From Candidatus Bathyarchaeota archaeon (GTDB lineage Archaea > Thermoproteota > Bathyarchaeia > Bathyarchaeales > DTEX01), in the NCBI GenBank assembly GCA_018396975.1, contig JAGTQA010000010.1, forward strand, positions 1 to 44,973: a stretch of DNA of 44,973 nt. The letters are read 5' to 3'. Made by a program: the position numbers and the translations under genes. Position 1 is the first letter of the stretch, and each line of letters begins with the position of its first letter. The notes beneath the pieces were generated by a model. It saw only the letters and a list, made by a program, of their open reading frames with translations. It did not search any database and was not told where the DNA came from. Positions 18,269 through 27,317 of the stretch are shown here, in pieces.

Positions 18269-19855
18269 TTAAATTGAGACTATCTCTTCGAAGGACTCCA
18301 TTATTCCGCCAAATGAGAGCTCCATTATCTTTTCTGCACCTATCCATGCCATAGCGCTCAGCAGCAAGAGTATTCCAATATAAAGAAAAATTGAGCCGCC
18401 AAAACCCCCACGGGCAAATTTTAGAACCAGAGAATTAAATATTGTTATGCATATGACTAGGAAGATATTTCCGACCTCTATAACCTCAACTGGTATTTGA
18501 CCGAATGTAAAGAATGGCAGCGATGTCATGCTCTGAGAAAAGTATTTTGATAGGGAGCCTAAGATCACCACTAATGCAACAGTTAATGGCTGTAAGATAT
18601 ATACTACGGCCTCTATACTCTTAGCGACGGAAGCCCTTTTCTTCCTAAACTCCAGAAGCTTAACGCAGCTGTTCCCTAATATTTTGCCAGCCTCAAGCGG
18701 ATTCGCACCATACAGGAAGGCATCAAGAAACATCTTGTTTATCAAGTATACGCGGTGTGAGGCTGCCTCAGACGATAGGAGACTTAGGACCTTCTCATTA
18801 CTTATGCCGAGGACCAGTCTCGCATAAGCCCTCTTAACCAGCTTTTTCAGAGGACCAAGCTCCATGTAAAGGACATAGTAGAGGGCGCTCTTTAAGCTTG
18901 AGGCTGAGGACATGCTCTCGCCCAAAGACTTTATGAGCGTTGGATAGCTCTCATCTATCCTGTAAATTAGACGCTCAAACCTGTAGGCTATTAAGCCCGG
19001 TATTAAAGCGCCAACGCCAACAACCGCAAATCCATATGGTGGGCCCAGATATGAGCCGATAAGGAAGGCTGGTGCTATACATGCGAATGGCAGAGTGACA
19101 GAAGCCCTAAATAACCTATAGGGTGCGGGCGGATCTTTCTTATCGATATAGGTGAACTTTTCCTTGGGCACCAATGATATAAAAGCCACCAGCATTGCTA
19201 TTAACGTTAATGGCGTGATCGCGTAGGCATAATAGATTACATCAGGATTATTTGTGAAGACAACTAGAAGGACAACTATCATTATTATGAAGACTGAGAC
19301 GCTCTGAAATGTTCCATATATGCCGCCGAAGGTCTCCATGGCTTTTATCGCCCTCTCATAATATCCAGAGTACTCCTCGAACATTGTAGAGGCTTCGAGT
19401 TCAAGGTATCCCTTCGGATCTAGGCTCGAGAATATTTGCTCGCACCTAACTAAGACATCTCTAAATGGTGGTTTAGTGGTTGCTGCAATCTTAGCCGTAG
19501 CCTTTGTGAAACCATAACCAAACTTTCTAGCTACTTCGCGGATCTTATCAAAGACTTTACTGTAATATCCGTAGTCTTTTGTCTCAGCTATAACCTTAAC
19601 TAAGTCGTCCGGCCCAACCTCCCCTAGGGAGATGACATGCATATGAATGAGTAATGAAACTAGTAGCTCATCTATCCGCCTTGGAATCTTAAACCTGCCA
19701 TAGTAGAGGTATGCTAGGAAGGTTATGGCTGCGCTTCCGGCGAAGCCCATCAATAAGAGACTTAGTAGATCACCTCTACTATACAGGTAGATGGATATTG
19801 TGAGGAGGGCAAGAATAATGGTTACTGAAAGAATTAGCCTCGGTATTTTATCCAA
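18269..19855 (-). CDS. flaJ: Archaellum membrane platform protein FlaJ/ArlJ
   Basis: Polytopic membrane protein with two TadC/GspF-like halves directly downstream of flaI. Confidence 0.85.
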   Translation of the reverse strand: MDKIPRLILSVTIILALLTISIYLYSRGDLLSLLLMGFAGSAAITFLAYLYYGRFKIPRRIDELLVSLLIHMHVISLGEVGPDDLVKVIAETKDYGYYSKVFDKIREVARKFGYGFTKATAKIAATTKPPFRDVLVRCEQIFSSLDPKGYLELEASTMFEEYSGYYERAIKAMETFGGIYGTFQSVSVFIIMIVVLLVVFTNNPDVIYYAYAITPLTLIAMLVAFISLVPKEKFTYIDKKDPPAPYRLFRASVTLPFACIAPAFLIGSYLGPPYGFAVVGVGALIPGLIAYRFERLIYRIDESYPTLIKSLGESMSSASSLKSALYYVLYMELGPLKKLVKRAYARLVLGISNEKVLSLLSSEAASHRVYLINKMFLDAFLYGANPLEAGKILGNSCVKLLEFRKKRASVAKSIEAVVYILQPLTVALVVILGSLSKYFSQSMTSLPFFTFGQIPVEVIEVGNIFLVICITIFNSLVLKFARGGFGGSIFLYIGILLLLSAMAWIGAEKIMELSFGGIMESFEEIVSI

Positions 19856-21507
19856 GGAATGTTGCCTTCCTTAATGTTCTTATAAACTTCTTCCACCCCT
19901 CTATTCTCTACCTCCACAACCGTATTCCAGACATCTCTAAAACTCGGGTAGTTCTCGGAGAGAAATCTCAGGATCTCGGCGCGCATGCGAAGCTCCTCAT
20001 ATAGCTTTGGGAGTTTATCCGTTCCCCAGCCCCTGAAGGGTAGAACCTTCGCCTCCAGGAGGAAGCTTGAGCCTGTGAAGCGCAGCTCATCCCTATCCGC
20101 ATCGTATAAGAAGACTGGCAGGTAGTTTAGGCTGTTCTCCTCCGGGTCATAACCTATAATCTCGTTGACGGAGAGAACCCGTCTAACAAGCTTTAGACCT
20201 CTCTTTATCCTATTCTGGAATATTGCTATGTTTAAACCGTTTATGTGGGTTTTTGGCACATTTATTGGTGGGGAGGTTAATCTCTGGAATAATGTTTCTA
20301 GGTCGCCAGCATGGATTGTTGATATCACCGGATGGCCAGTTTCAATAGCTTGAAATGCTATCTGTCCCTCCTCGCCCCTAATCTCGCCGACAATTATATA
20401 GTCGGGTCTCTGCCTTAAGGCCGCCTTAAGTAGGTCGAACATTGTAACTTTGCTTCCTGTGTGTAGCCGTGTAACCTCTCTAACCCAGTTCTTGTGGGCT
20501 AAATTAACCTCCGGGGTTTCCTCGATGCTCACTATTTTTGCATCCGGCCTTATCAGACCAGCGAAGGCATTTAGGCTAGTTGTCTTACCAGAGGCGGTCT
20601 CTCCACACATGAAGAATGATACCCCAACCTCTAGGAGCATCCACATGTAGGCCGCCACCATCTCAGAAATAGTCCTCCACCTTATCAGATGGGCAACCGA
20701 GATGGGTTCCTTAGGAAACTTCCTTATCGTGAAGTTGCTTCCACGTATACTTATGTCCTCGCCAAAGACTATATTAAATCTTGACCCATCCGGTAGGTGG
20801 ATGTCAAGTATTGGATGGGTGTAGCTGAGAACCTTTCCATATCGCTCAGCTATGCTCCTAAGCAGAGTATCTATCTCCTCCTTACTTATCTCAAGATTAC
20901 TCTCGAGCGAACCGAAGAACTTGTGGACCACATATATCTTTCCGGCTCCAGGAACACTCACATCCTCAAGCCATGGATCCGCTAGGAAACAATCTATTAT
21001 ACCGTGGCCCAGCTTCTCCCTTATAAAGTGATAGATGAAGTCCCTCCTTTCTGACTCCGGTATCTTGAGTTTCCCGCTGGAGACAACCCTATTAAATATC
21101 TCAAATATTGCTTGCTCCTTTTCCTTCGTTGTCTCAGCAACTATCGATCTCTCAGTTATCTCCTTAGCGAGTATATCCTCAAACTTATCGAGCAAATCCT
21201 GGCTTGGCTTCTTAGGTTCGATTATATTATATTTGCCAATCTCTCCCCCAACCTTAACATGCACAAATATTCCTAAGCCAACTGGATATAACACATCTGC
21301 TGTTGAGAGATGCAGGGCATCCAGCGCCAGCTCGCTTGGATTAGCTGTGTAAATGGGCCTAAGACCATTAGTCTCAACGTAGGATTTTAGATACGGGAAT
21401 TTTTGGAGGGCTTCATCGAAAGTCTTTGGTATCTCATATTCATATGGGCTTATAAGGTCCTCCTGAACTTTTCTCGGTCTCTCGCCATTTTTAAGCTGGA
21501 GCCTCAT
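19834..21507 (-). CDS. flaI: Archaellum motor ATPase FlaI/ArlI
   Basis: GETASGKTT, SIEETPE, LRQRPDYIIVGEIRG and TGH...STIHA motifs; ATG at 21507 overlaps the flaH stop (TAATG). Confidence 0.92.
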   Translation of the reverse strand: MRLQLKNGERPRKVQEDLISPYEYEIPKTFDEALQKFPYLKSYVETNGLRPIYTANPSELALDALHLSTADVLYPVGLGIFVHVKVGGEIGKYNIIEPKKPSQDLLDKFEDILAKEITERSIVAETTKEKEQAIFEIFNRVVSSGKLKIPESERRDFIYHFIREKLGHGIIDCFLADPWLEDVSVPGAGKIYVVHKFFGSLESNLEISKEEIDTLLRSIAERYGKVLSYTHPILDIHLPDGSRFNIVFGEDISIRGSNFTIRKFPKEPISVAHLIRWRTISEMVAAYMWMLLEVGVSFFMCGETASGKTTSLNAFAGLIRPDAKIVSIEETPEVNLAHKNWVREVTRLHTGSKVTMFDLLKAALRQRPDYIIVGEIRGEEGQIAFQAIETGHPVISTIHAGDLETLFQRLTSPPINVPKTHINGLNIAIFQNRIKRGLKLVRRVLSVNEIIGYDPEENSLNYLPVFLYDADRDELRFTGSSFLLEAKVLPFRGWGTDKLPKLYEELRMRAEILRFLSENYPSFRDVWNTVVEVENRGVEEVYKNIKEGNIPWIKYRG

Positions 21508-22208
21508 TAAACTTTTATCCCCCCTAGTGGCAGAACCCTTAAGCCTAGATGGGGATTGACCTCTAAAATGACGGAGCTCTTTCTCTCGCCTCCAGTTCCC
21601 CATAGCTTAACTATTTTCAGTATTTTAACGTCCATGCCGGCAACCTTACCATTAGAGATGACTAAATAGACGTCTGAGGAGGCTTTGAGCTTCATCACCG
21701 ACTGTTCAGGCAAAAACTGTGGGTGGAATGTTAGGATTATTGTCTTACCACTAGTTACGAGATTTTTCATGCGCGTAACGAATGTTAGGAAGACATGCGG
21801 CGGTGTATTCACAGCTAGGACGCTCAAGCTATCAATAACGGCTGCATCATATCGGCTCCTATTGATCTCCAGAAAGTTTCTTGCCACCCTAAAGAAGAGT
21901 GATGATAGAAATTTTGTCCATTTTCCGCCTTCAACATGGAGTGGAAAGATTGTGAGGTCACCGCTAACATACTTTAGGAAAGCATCTAAATTTATGGACT
22001 TCATCATTCTAAGGTAGTCTTTTGAGGCCGTCTCAGTTGTTATAACGAAAACCTTAAGACCTTCCCTCAGCATTGAATATACTATCTGCTGCGTAAGCAC
22101 GGTTTTCCCCGCGCCGAACTCCCCCTCAATAGATGCTAGGCATGGGTGAGGGAAGCCGCCGCCTAGGCACCTGTCTAAGTCCGGTATGCCGAGTGATATA
22201 ACCTTCAT
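21507..22208 (-). CDS. flaH: FlaH/ArlH KaiC-like ATP-binding protein
   Basis: LDRCLGGGFP, GEFGAGKT, IDSLS; C-terminal LEVNPHLGLRV; operon position. Confidence 0.9.
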   Translation of the reverse strand: MKVISLGIPDLDRCLGGGFPHPCLASIEGEFGAGKTVLTQQIVYSMLREGLKVFVITTETASKDYLRMMKSINLDAFLKYVSGDLTIFPLHVEGGKWTKFLSSLFFRVARNFLEINRSRYDAAVIDSLSVLAVNTPPHVFLTFVTRMKNLVTSGKTIILTFHPQFLPEQSVMKLKASSDVYLVISNGKVAGMDVKILKIVKLWGTGGERKSSVILEVNPHLGLRVLPLGGIKV

Positions 22209-22723
22209 ACCTCTCTCACACCCTCCCCAATCGCCACCACACCATAATGTGATACAAAAACAATGGTGACTATGCTGTTTAAGGGGATTTCAGGTGCCCC
22301 TACGGGCAAATATGCCTCTATTAGGGCCTCTTCATTTGGATTTAGGCTTTTATGGGAGTCTAGGTTAAATGTATAGTTTGTTCCGGCAACCCTAATCTCT
22401 ACAATATTATATTCCTCTAGGAGATAGAACCTCCAGCAAACATTCCTATAGCCAACTATTAGGCTATTCCAGCTATAGTCTTCCCTCTTGAGGAAGATGC
22501 TCTTTGACCCAGTATTCTTTATGGAGAAGCGTATCTTTGAAGCCTCCACACTTTCTACTGACAGTTCAATTCTAACATTGGCGGAGTTTTCATTCTTGAA
22601 GGCTAGGTTCTGGAGCTGGGCTAGGGCGCTTATTGTTGAGAGAGCGGCCGCCGATATTACACCAGCGAAAACCAATAGTCCAATCAGAATTATGGTCGAG
22701 GATACTATTATAGAGAAGCCCAT
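22205..22723 (-). CDS. flaF: FlaF/ArlF stator protein
   Basis: MGFS-type N-terminal TM helix, IKNTGS beta-domain motif, IVFVSHYGV; position before flaH. Confidence 0.75.
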   Translation of the reverse strand: MGFSIIVSSTIILIGLLVFAGVISAAALSTISALAQLQNLAFKNENSANVRIELSVESVEASKIRFSIKNTGSKSIFLKREDYSWNSLIVGYRNVCWRFYLLEEYNIVEIRVAGTNYTFNLDSHKSLNPNEEALIEAYLPVGAPEIPLNSIVTIVFVSHYGVVAIGEGVREV

Positions 22724-22739
22724 TTTCCCGCATCCCTCC

Positions 22740-23234
22740 TTATGGAGGGGCAAAAACGTAGCTGTCAGATAGACCTCTATAGAGGGAGATTTTAACCTCA
22801 TATAGGCTGGCACTTAACTCGCTCTTTGGATAGACCCTTATTGTGGCGGTCTCGGCAATCTCCCATACGCCATCTCCATCGGAATCCTCTAGGCTGAACC
22901 TTCCACTTCCAACATTGGCATCCGGGTCATAGGTATAGAGGGATGCCTTCCCATACTCACCGAAATAAATGTCTATTAGACCAAAGTTTGTTATGGGAAT
23001 TATGCCAGTATTTTTCGCGTATATTATGAAGTGGGGTGGGTTTGTAGTATCATTTACCGTTGCATATGCTATGGTAACACGTATCTCAAAGGCGCTCTTT
23101 GCATCTGATAGGCTCCGCATTATACTGCTCTGCAGGGTTGTTCCACTGTATATTGCGTATGCCGAGAAGCTACTTGCCAAGATGACCGATGATATAAGTA
23201 TTATTATCTCGCTTAATGTTATTGAGAAGCCCAC
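22740..23234 (-). CDS. flaG: FlaG/ArlG stator protein
   Basis: SEIIILISSVILA N-terminal TM helix, YAKNTG, IDIYFG and WEIAET motifs. Confidence 0.82.
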   Translation of the reverse strand: MGFSITLSEIIILISSVILASSFSAYAIYSGTTLQSSIMRSLSDAKSAFEIRVTIAYATVNDTTNPPHFIIYAKNTGIIPITNFGLIDIYFGEYGKASLYTYDPDANVGSGRFSLEDSDGDGVWEIAETATIRVYPKSELSASLYEVKISLYRGLSDSYVFAPP

Positions 23235-23917
23235 CCCTTAGCCCACGCCCCATTAAATCTTCTGCTTCTGAGGAGGTTCCTCATTAGGTCGGCTATCTCA
23301 TCCTGATCTATTTTCACGCCCATTATGTTAGCAATATTATAAATGCTTAGGGCAAGCATATCCTCGGCTATACTTCCTGATTTAGCCCTTTTCGCAACGC
23401 TGGCAAGATTGGATATATATGAGGCTGAGCCCTTGGGTATGAAGCCAAAATATTCTGAGTACTCACATATCCTCCTTATACCATCCTCATCAAAGCCTAT
23501 ATCAAGCATCGTATAAATCCATTCTATAAGCGCCAGAGTCCTCTTAAAATCGATTACGACTGGTGGGGCTAGGGCTGGTGTTTCAACAGCCTTCTCAACC
23601 TCTATCTTTGGGGCCTCCCCCACCTCCAATTCAGACACAACCATTTTGGGGGACTTTTCCTTCTTTTCCTCCCTCTCCCTAGCCATCCTCTCTATGAGGG
23701 GTTTTGCCTCATTTACCTTTGCCAACCCCTCCTCATCTGTTATAAGCTTGAGAAGATTGAAGGGATTCTCAAGCTCACTTATTGTTGACCTTATATCTAT
23801 AAGCGCTCTTTTTAGATCCTCAACTGTACTTGCAATCTCACCTACACGGTTAATAGCAGACTTGATCTCCTTAATCTCCCGCTCAATCTCTTCAATCTTA
23901 TCTTTATTCTCGCTCAT
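23219..23917 (-). CDS. Cytosolic archaellum accessory protein, FlaC/D/E-like
   Basis: N-terminal coiled coil ending SELENPF (FlaC-like), linker, then LIEWIYTMLDIG...ICEYSEYFGFIP (FlaD/E-like); no TM helix. Confidence 0.6.
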   Translation of the reverse strand: MSENKDKIEEIEREIKEIKSAINRVGEIASTVEDLKRALIDIRSTISELENPFNLLKLITDEEGLAKVNEAKPLIERMAREREEKKEKSPKMVVSELEVGEAPKIEVEKAVETPALAPPVVIDFKRTLALIEWIYTMLDIGFDEDGIRRICEYSEYFGFIPKGSASYISNLASVAKRAKSGSIAEDMLALSIYNIANIMGVKIDQDEIADLMRNLLRSRRFNGAWAKGWASQ

Positions 23918-23991
23918 CCCAATTATCTCCTCTAAGGTTTTGTGAAAACGATACCGCTTTCTCTTCTAGACTAATGATTCTATCACGGGAT

Positions 23992-24009
23992 ATTTCATGC
24001 TTCTGAAAC
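23992..24009. promoter_or_regulatory. Candidate operator ATTTCA-N6-TGAAAC upstream of the accessory fla genes
   Basis: Inverted repeat 75-92 nt upstream of the start at 23917; similar sites at 25506 and 35349. Confidence 0.45.
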
Positions 24010-24086
24010 AAGAGTAGAGACAAACAATATAGACCACAAAATAATCTAAAACATAAAAATAAGGGAAAACTAGCCCTAATCTAATG

Positions 24087-24117
24087 AAAAACAAAAAATA
24101 GGAGGAAAAAATAAAAA
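24087..24117 (-). terminator. Oligo-T terminator region after the archaellin genes
   Basis: Several consecutive T-runs on the minus strand 20-50 nt after the flaB stop. Confidence 0.55.
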
Positions 24118-24135
24118 GCGGGGAATATTTTTCGA

Positions 24136-24768
24136 CTATCCTAAATCAACATATGCGTTCTCTGGTAATCCAACCGGTATTAGTCTCTCAACTGTCAGCG
24201 CAGCGCCTCTACTAGTCCTAACCTCAATCTTAACCTTACTGTAGGATACTAGCACATGCTCATCCCCAAGCTTTATTACGAGGAAGGCTTTTTCATTAAC
24301 CTCGAGAACGCTATCCCCATCATCGTTATATATTGCGAACATCGCCCCCTCATCACTTAAGAGGCTCGCATTAAGCAGACTATCAACGTTGGTTTCATCG
24401 CTTCCATTATATGTTCCCTTATATATGTTTGCTAGAGTGAAGTTCGTGTAGAATACCGAGACTGTAACGGTTTTATTGCTGAGGTCTACTTCCGACTGGC
24501 CTACGGCAAGCTTCACCGGTATCACTAAATACTGTATCTTTGACTGACTATTTGTTTTTCCAACGACCGTCCCATCCAGCTGTAGCGAGGATGTTGCTTC
24601 ACCAACACCTCTATCTATTGTCTCCTTCGCCTTCTGCGCTGAGTAGAAGCCCATATTTATGACGACATATGCAAGCGCAGATGCGATTACGACGAAGGCT
24701 ATGAGGACTATAGCAGCCTCTATACCAACAATACCGCGCTTACTCTTCAGGAAATTGCGCCATGCCAT
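24136..24768 (-). CDS. flaB: Archaellin
   Basis: Class III signal KSKRG/IVGIEAAIVLIAFV; several N-x-S/T sequons. Confidence 0.95.
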   Translation of the reverse strand: MAWRNFLKSKRGIVGIEAAIVLIAFVVIASALAYVVINMGFYSAQKAKETIDRGVGEATSSLQLDGTVVGKTNSQSKIQYLVIPVKLAVGQSEVDLSNKTVTVSVFYTNFTLANIYKGTYNGSDETNVDSLLNASLLSDEGAMFAIYNDDGDSVLEVNEKAFLVIKLGDEHVLVSYSKVKIEVRTSRGAALTVERLIPVGLPENAYVDLG

Positions 24769-24796
24769 AAGGTCACCCCATTAGCACTTTTTATTG

Positions 24797-25438
24797 CTAG
24801 ATGCCTATAGCTAACCAGCCTTCCTTAGATGGCAGCTGAGGTGGAATTGTTATCTCAATTGTTAGTGGAGCACCCTTCTGCGGTCTAATCTCAATTATAA
24901 CGTGATCCCTTTCCGCCGGATAGTTTTCATCTTCTGGGACGATTACCAGAAAGCCTTTCTCGTCAGAGTCTAGCGAGTGGTCACCGTCTGAACCGACAAT
25001 GAATAACACAGCTCCAGGCTTATTCTCTATTGCATCTACTAGTTTATCAAAGTCGACACTAGTCGCGTTAATTGTAGCATCATCGATTCCACCATATATG
25101 TTTGGATAAGTTACCTTTCCAACTATAGATAATGTTACCACGGTTCTATTTGCCTCCATTGGGACATATTTGACCCCCAAAGTTTTCAGCGGTATGACTA
25201 TTGCTGAAACTCCGCTGCTGCTGTTTCCTTTTACTTGTAGTGCTCCATCAACCGTTAGTGGGCAGCTGGCCTCTTGCAGCGCATCCTGTATTGTTTCCTT
25301 GCCTCTCTGTGTTGAGAATAGGCCCATGTTTATGACCATGAAGCTGAATGCTGCTGCAACTATGACGAAGGCTATGAGGACTATGGCGGCCTCTATGCCG
25401 ACCATTCCCCGCTTGCTTCTAAAGAGGTTTTTCCTCAC
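24797..25438 (-). CDS. flaB: Archaellin
   Basis: Class III signal RSKRG/MVGIEAAIVLIAFV; GTG start at 25438 after GGAGG. Confidence 0.95.
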   Translation of the reverse strand: MRKNLFRSKRGMVGIEAAIVLIAFVIVAAAFSFMVINMGLFSTQRGKETIQDALQEASCPLTVDGALQVKGNSSSGVSAIVIPLKTLGVKYVPMEANRTVVTLSIVGKVTYPNIYGGIDDATINATSVDFDKLVDAIENKPGAVLFIVGSDGDHSLDSDEKGFLVIVPEDENYPAERDHVIIEIRPQKGAPLTIEITIPPQLPSKEGWLAIGI

Positions 25439-25505
25439 CTTTTTCCTCCCCTCCAAATTTTCCTCGAATAGTGATTCACTCAAATTGCTATATGATGCTG
25501 TGCAT

Positions 25506-25523
25506 GTTCCAAAATACTGAGAC
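25506..25523. promoter_or_regulatory. Candidate operator GTTCCA-N6-TGAGAC upstream of the first flaB
   Basis: Imperfect inverted repeat 68-85 nt upstream of the GTG start and upstream of a weak TATA-like CATATAG. Confidence 0.45.
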
Positions 25524-25648
25524 AATGATTTTTATAACTGAGAAAAATTCTTGAAATGGAAAAACTCGCTTGAAAAAATTCCATTAATTGAAAATAACTT
25601 GGAAATTGCTTTTTCGCTTATATGGATTAGGCTATCGCCCATCCTATC

Positions 25649-25681
25649 GATACCTCCCTATCTTTTTGGATAGCCTCTCCC
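25649..25681 (-). repeat. 33-bp dispersed intergenic element, copy B
   Basis: Minus strand reads GGGAGAGGCT-atccaa-AAAGATAGGGAGGTATC, matching 12167-12199. Confidence 0.8.
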
Positions 25682-25789
25682 TCCCTAGTGCATTAGTCCA
25701 GCGCTCTTCACTATTCTTTAGGCGCCCGATATTTTGGGCGGTAATCTTAAATCTCTTTAATTGCTCATTCCTCATCTTGGGTTTGAAGG

Positions 25790-26401
25790 ATGAGTTTAGA
25801 TTCGAGGTTTAAGGATGAGGCCCTCCGGCAATTAATGGTTGAGGTGAGCGCATGTAAAAAGTGCGGTTTATGGAGGTCTCGTAGGAATCCTGTTCTGGGC
25901 GATGGGGATCCGAGCTCACCCATAGTCTTTATTGGTGAGGCACCGGGATACTGGGAGGATGTTAGGGGTAAGCCTTTCGTTGGGGCGGCTGGAAGGCTAT
26001 TGGATGAGATTCTTGGGAAGGCTATGATGCCTAGAAATAGCGTTTACATAACTAATGTTGTGAAGTGTAGGCCTCCGGAGAATAGGGATCCTCTTCCGGA
26101 GGAGATCGAGGCATGCAGCCCATATCTTGATAGGCAGCTGGATCTTATAAGGCCCAGAGTCATTGTGACCCTTGGCAGGCACTCAACAGCCTACATATTT
26201 TCGAGGGCCAGCATACCCTTTGATGGTATAAGCAGGGTTCAGGGGAAAGTTTATGAGGTGAGTTTCTGGGGGGAGAGAACCTACGTGGTTGCATCCTATC
26301 ATCCAGCTGCAGCCCTATACAATGTGAGGCTTAGGGGCGAGATAGAGAACACTATCAAGCTAGCGGGGGTTATTCTCGGCCAAGTCTTATCTAAGAGTTG
26401 A
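25790..26401 (+). CDS. udg: Uracil-DNA glycosylase family 4 (Fe-S)
   Basis: CKKCGL, IGEAPG, GKPFVG, ITNVVKCRPPENRDP and YHPAA motifs. Confidence 0.95.
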   Translation: MSLDSRFKDEALRQLMVEVSACKKCGLWRSRRNPVLGDGDPSSPIVFIGEAPGYWEDVRGKPFVGAAGRLLDEILGKAMMPRNSVYITNVVKCRPPENRDPLPEEIEACSPYLDRQLDLIRPRVIVTLGRHSTAYIFSRASIPFDGISRVQGKVYEVSFWGERTYVVASYHPAAALYNVRLRGEIENTIKLAGVILGQVLSKS

Positions 26402-26469
26402 TTTGAAGCCAACCCTATAGGAAAAATAATATATTCTCTAGGTTGGTAATAGTTGTGAGGTGCTGATGG

Positions 26470-27306
26470 ATGTTTATTGGCTTTTTAACAGCGCCCCTAA
26501 AAGACTGGCCCCTAGAGAAGATTGTTGATTGGGCATCCTCGAATGGATTTAAGGGCTTAGAGGTTCTTGTCTCGCCAAGCCTAAAACAGATCGATGTTGA
26601 CCGCGTCCTATGTGGTGGAGCTGGCGAGATTAGGCGCCTCCTCTCCGGGAAAGACTTGAGAATCTCAAGCTTAGCCTTTTATAGCATAAGGATACTTGAG
26701 GATGAGGGCGAGCAGGGTTTTCTCTCTAGGGTTATTGATGCAGCTTCAGTCTTAGACATCGGTGTAGTCTGCACCTTTGCCGGCGGACCAGTTGGGGGAA
26801 AGAATAAAATGCAGACTTTAAGGGAGGATTTTCCAAGGGTCTTCGGGCCCCTTGTTGATAGGGCTAGGGAGCATGGTGTGAAGTTAGCCTTAGAAAACTG
26901 GTATGCAACTAACCTTCAGGGCCTAGATCATTTCCAGGCGGCTTTCAATAGTATACCGGATAGGACTTTAGGCCTAAACTTTGATCCATCACACCTTTTC
27001 TGGCAACAGATAGATTATATTGAGGCCGTTCACATGTTTGGTGAAAGAATCTACCACACGCATGCTAAGGATACTGAGATATTACCCTTCAGGCTTAGGT
27101 ATGTTGGTGTTTTAGGTGGGGGATGGTGGAGGTATCGGATACCGGGCTGGGGTGGAATAAACTGGCATGCATATATAACGGCCCTGAAGGAGGTTGGCTA
27201 CAATTATGTTCTTAGCATAGAGCATGAGGATCCATTCTTTACCATTGAAGACGGCTTAATCAGCGGGAGAAAGTTCCTAGAGAACCTCCTTCTCACCGGC
27301 AAATAG
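26470..27306 (+). CDS. Sugar phosphate isomerase/epimerase (IolE/xylose isomerase-like TIM barrel)
   Basis: LALEN, GLNFDPSH, HTHAKD and LSIEHED metal-binding motifs. Confidence 0.88.
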   Translation: MFIGFLTAPLKDWPLEKIVDWASSNGFKGLEVLVSPSLKQIDVDRVLCGGAGEIRRLLSGKDLRISSLAFYSIRILEDEGEQGFLSRVIDAASVLDIGVVCTFAGGPVGGKNKMQTLREDFPRVFGPLVDRAREHGVKLALENWYATNLQGLDHFQAAFNSIPDRTLGLNFDPSHLFWQQIDYIEAVHMFGERIYHTHAKDTEILPFRLRYVGVLGGGWWRYRIPGWGGINWHAYITALKEVGYNYVLSIEHEDPFFTIEDGLISGRKFLENLLLTGK

Positions 27307-27317
27307 GTGGCCACCCA

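Noticed and set aside
25532-25642. 36-aa minus-strand ORF (MGDSLIHISEK...) starting 9 nt after the GGAGGT of repeat copy B
   Set aside because: Crosses AT-rich promoter-like DNA, and copy A has no equivalent ATG; probably chance
25588-25812. 74-aa plus-strand ORF upstream of udg
   Set aside because: TTG start without RBS, overlaps the udg start and the non-coding repeat, atypical composition
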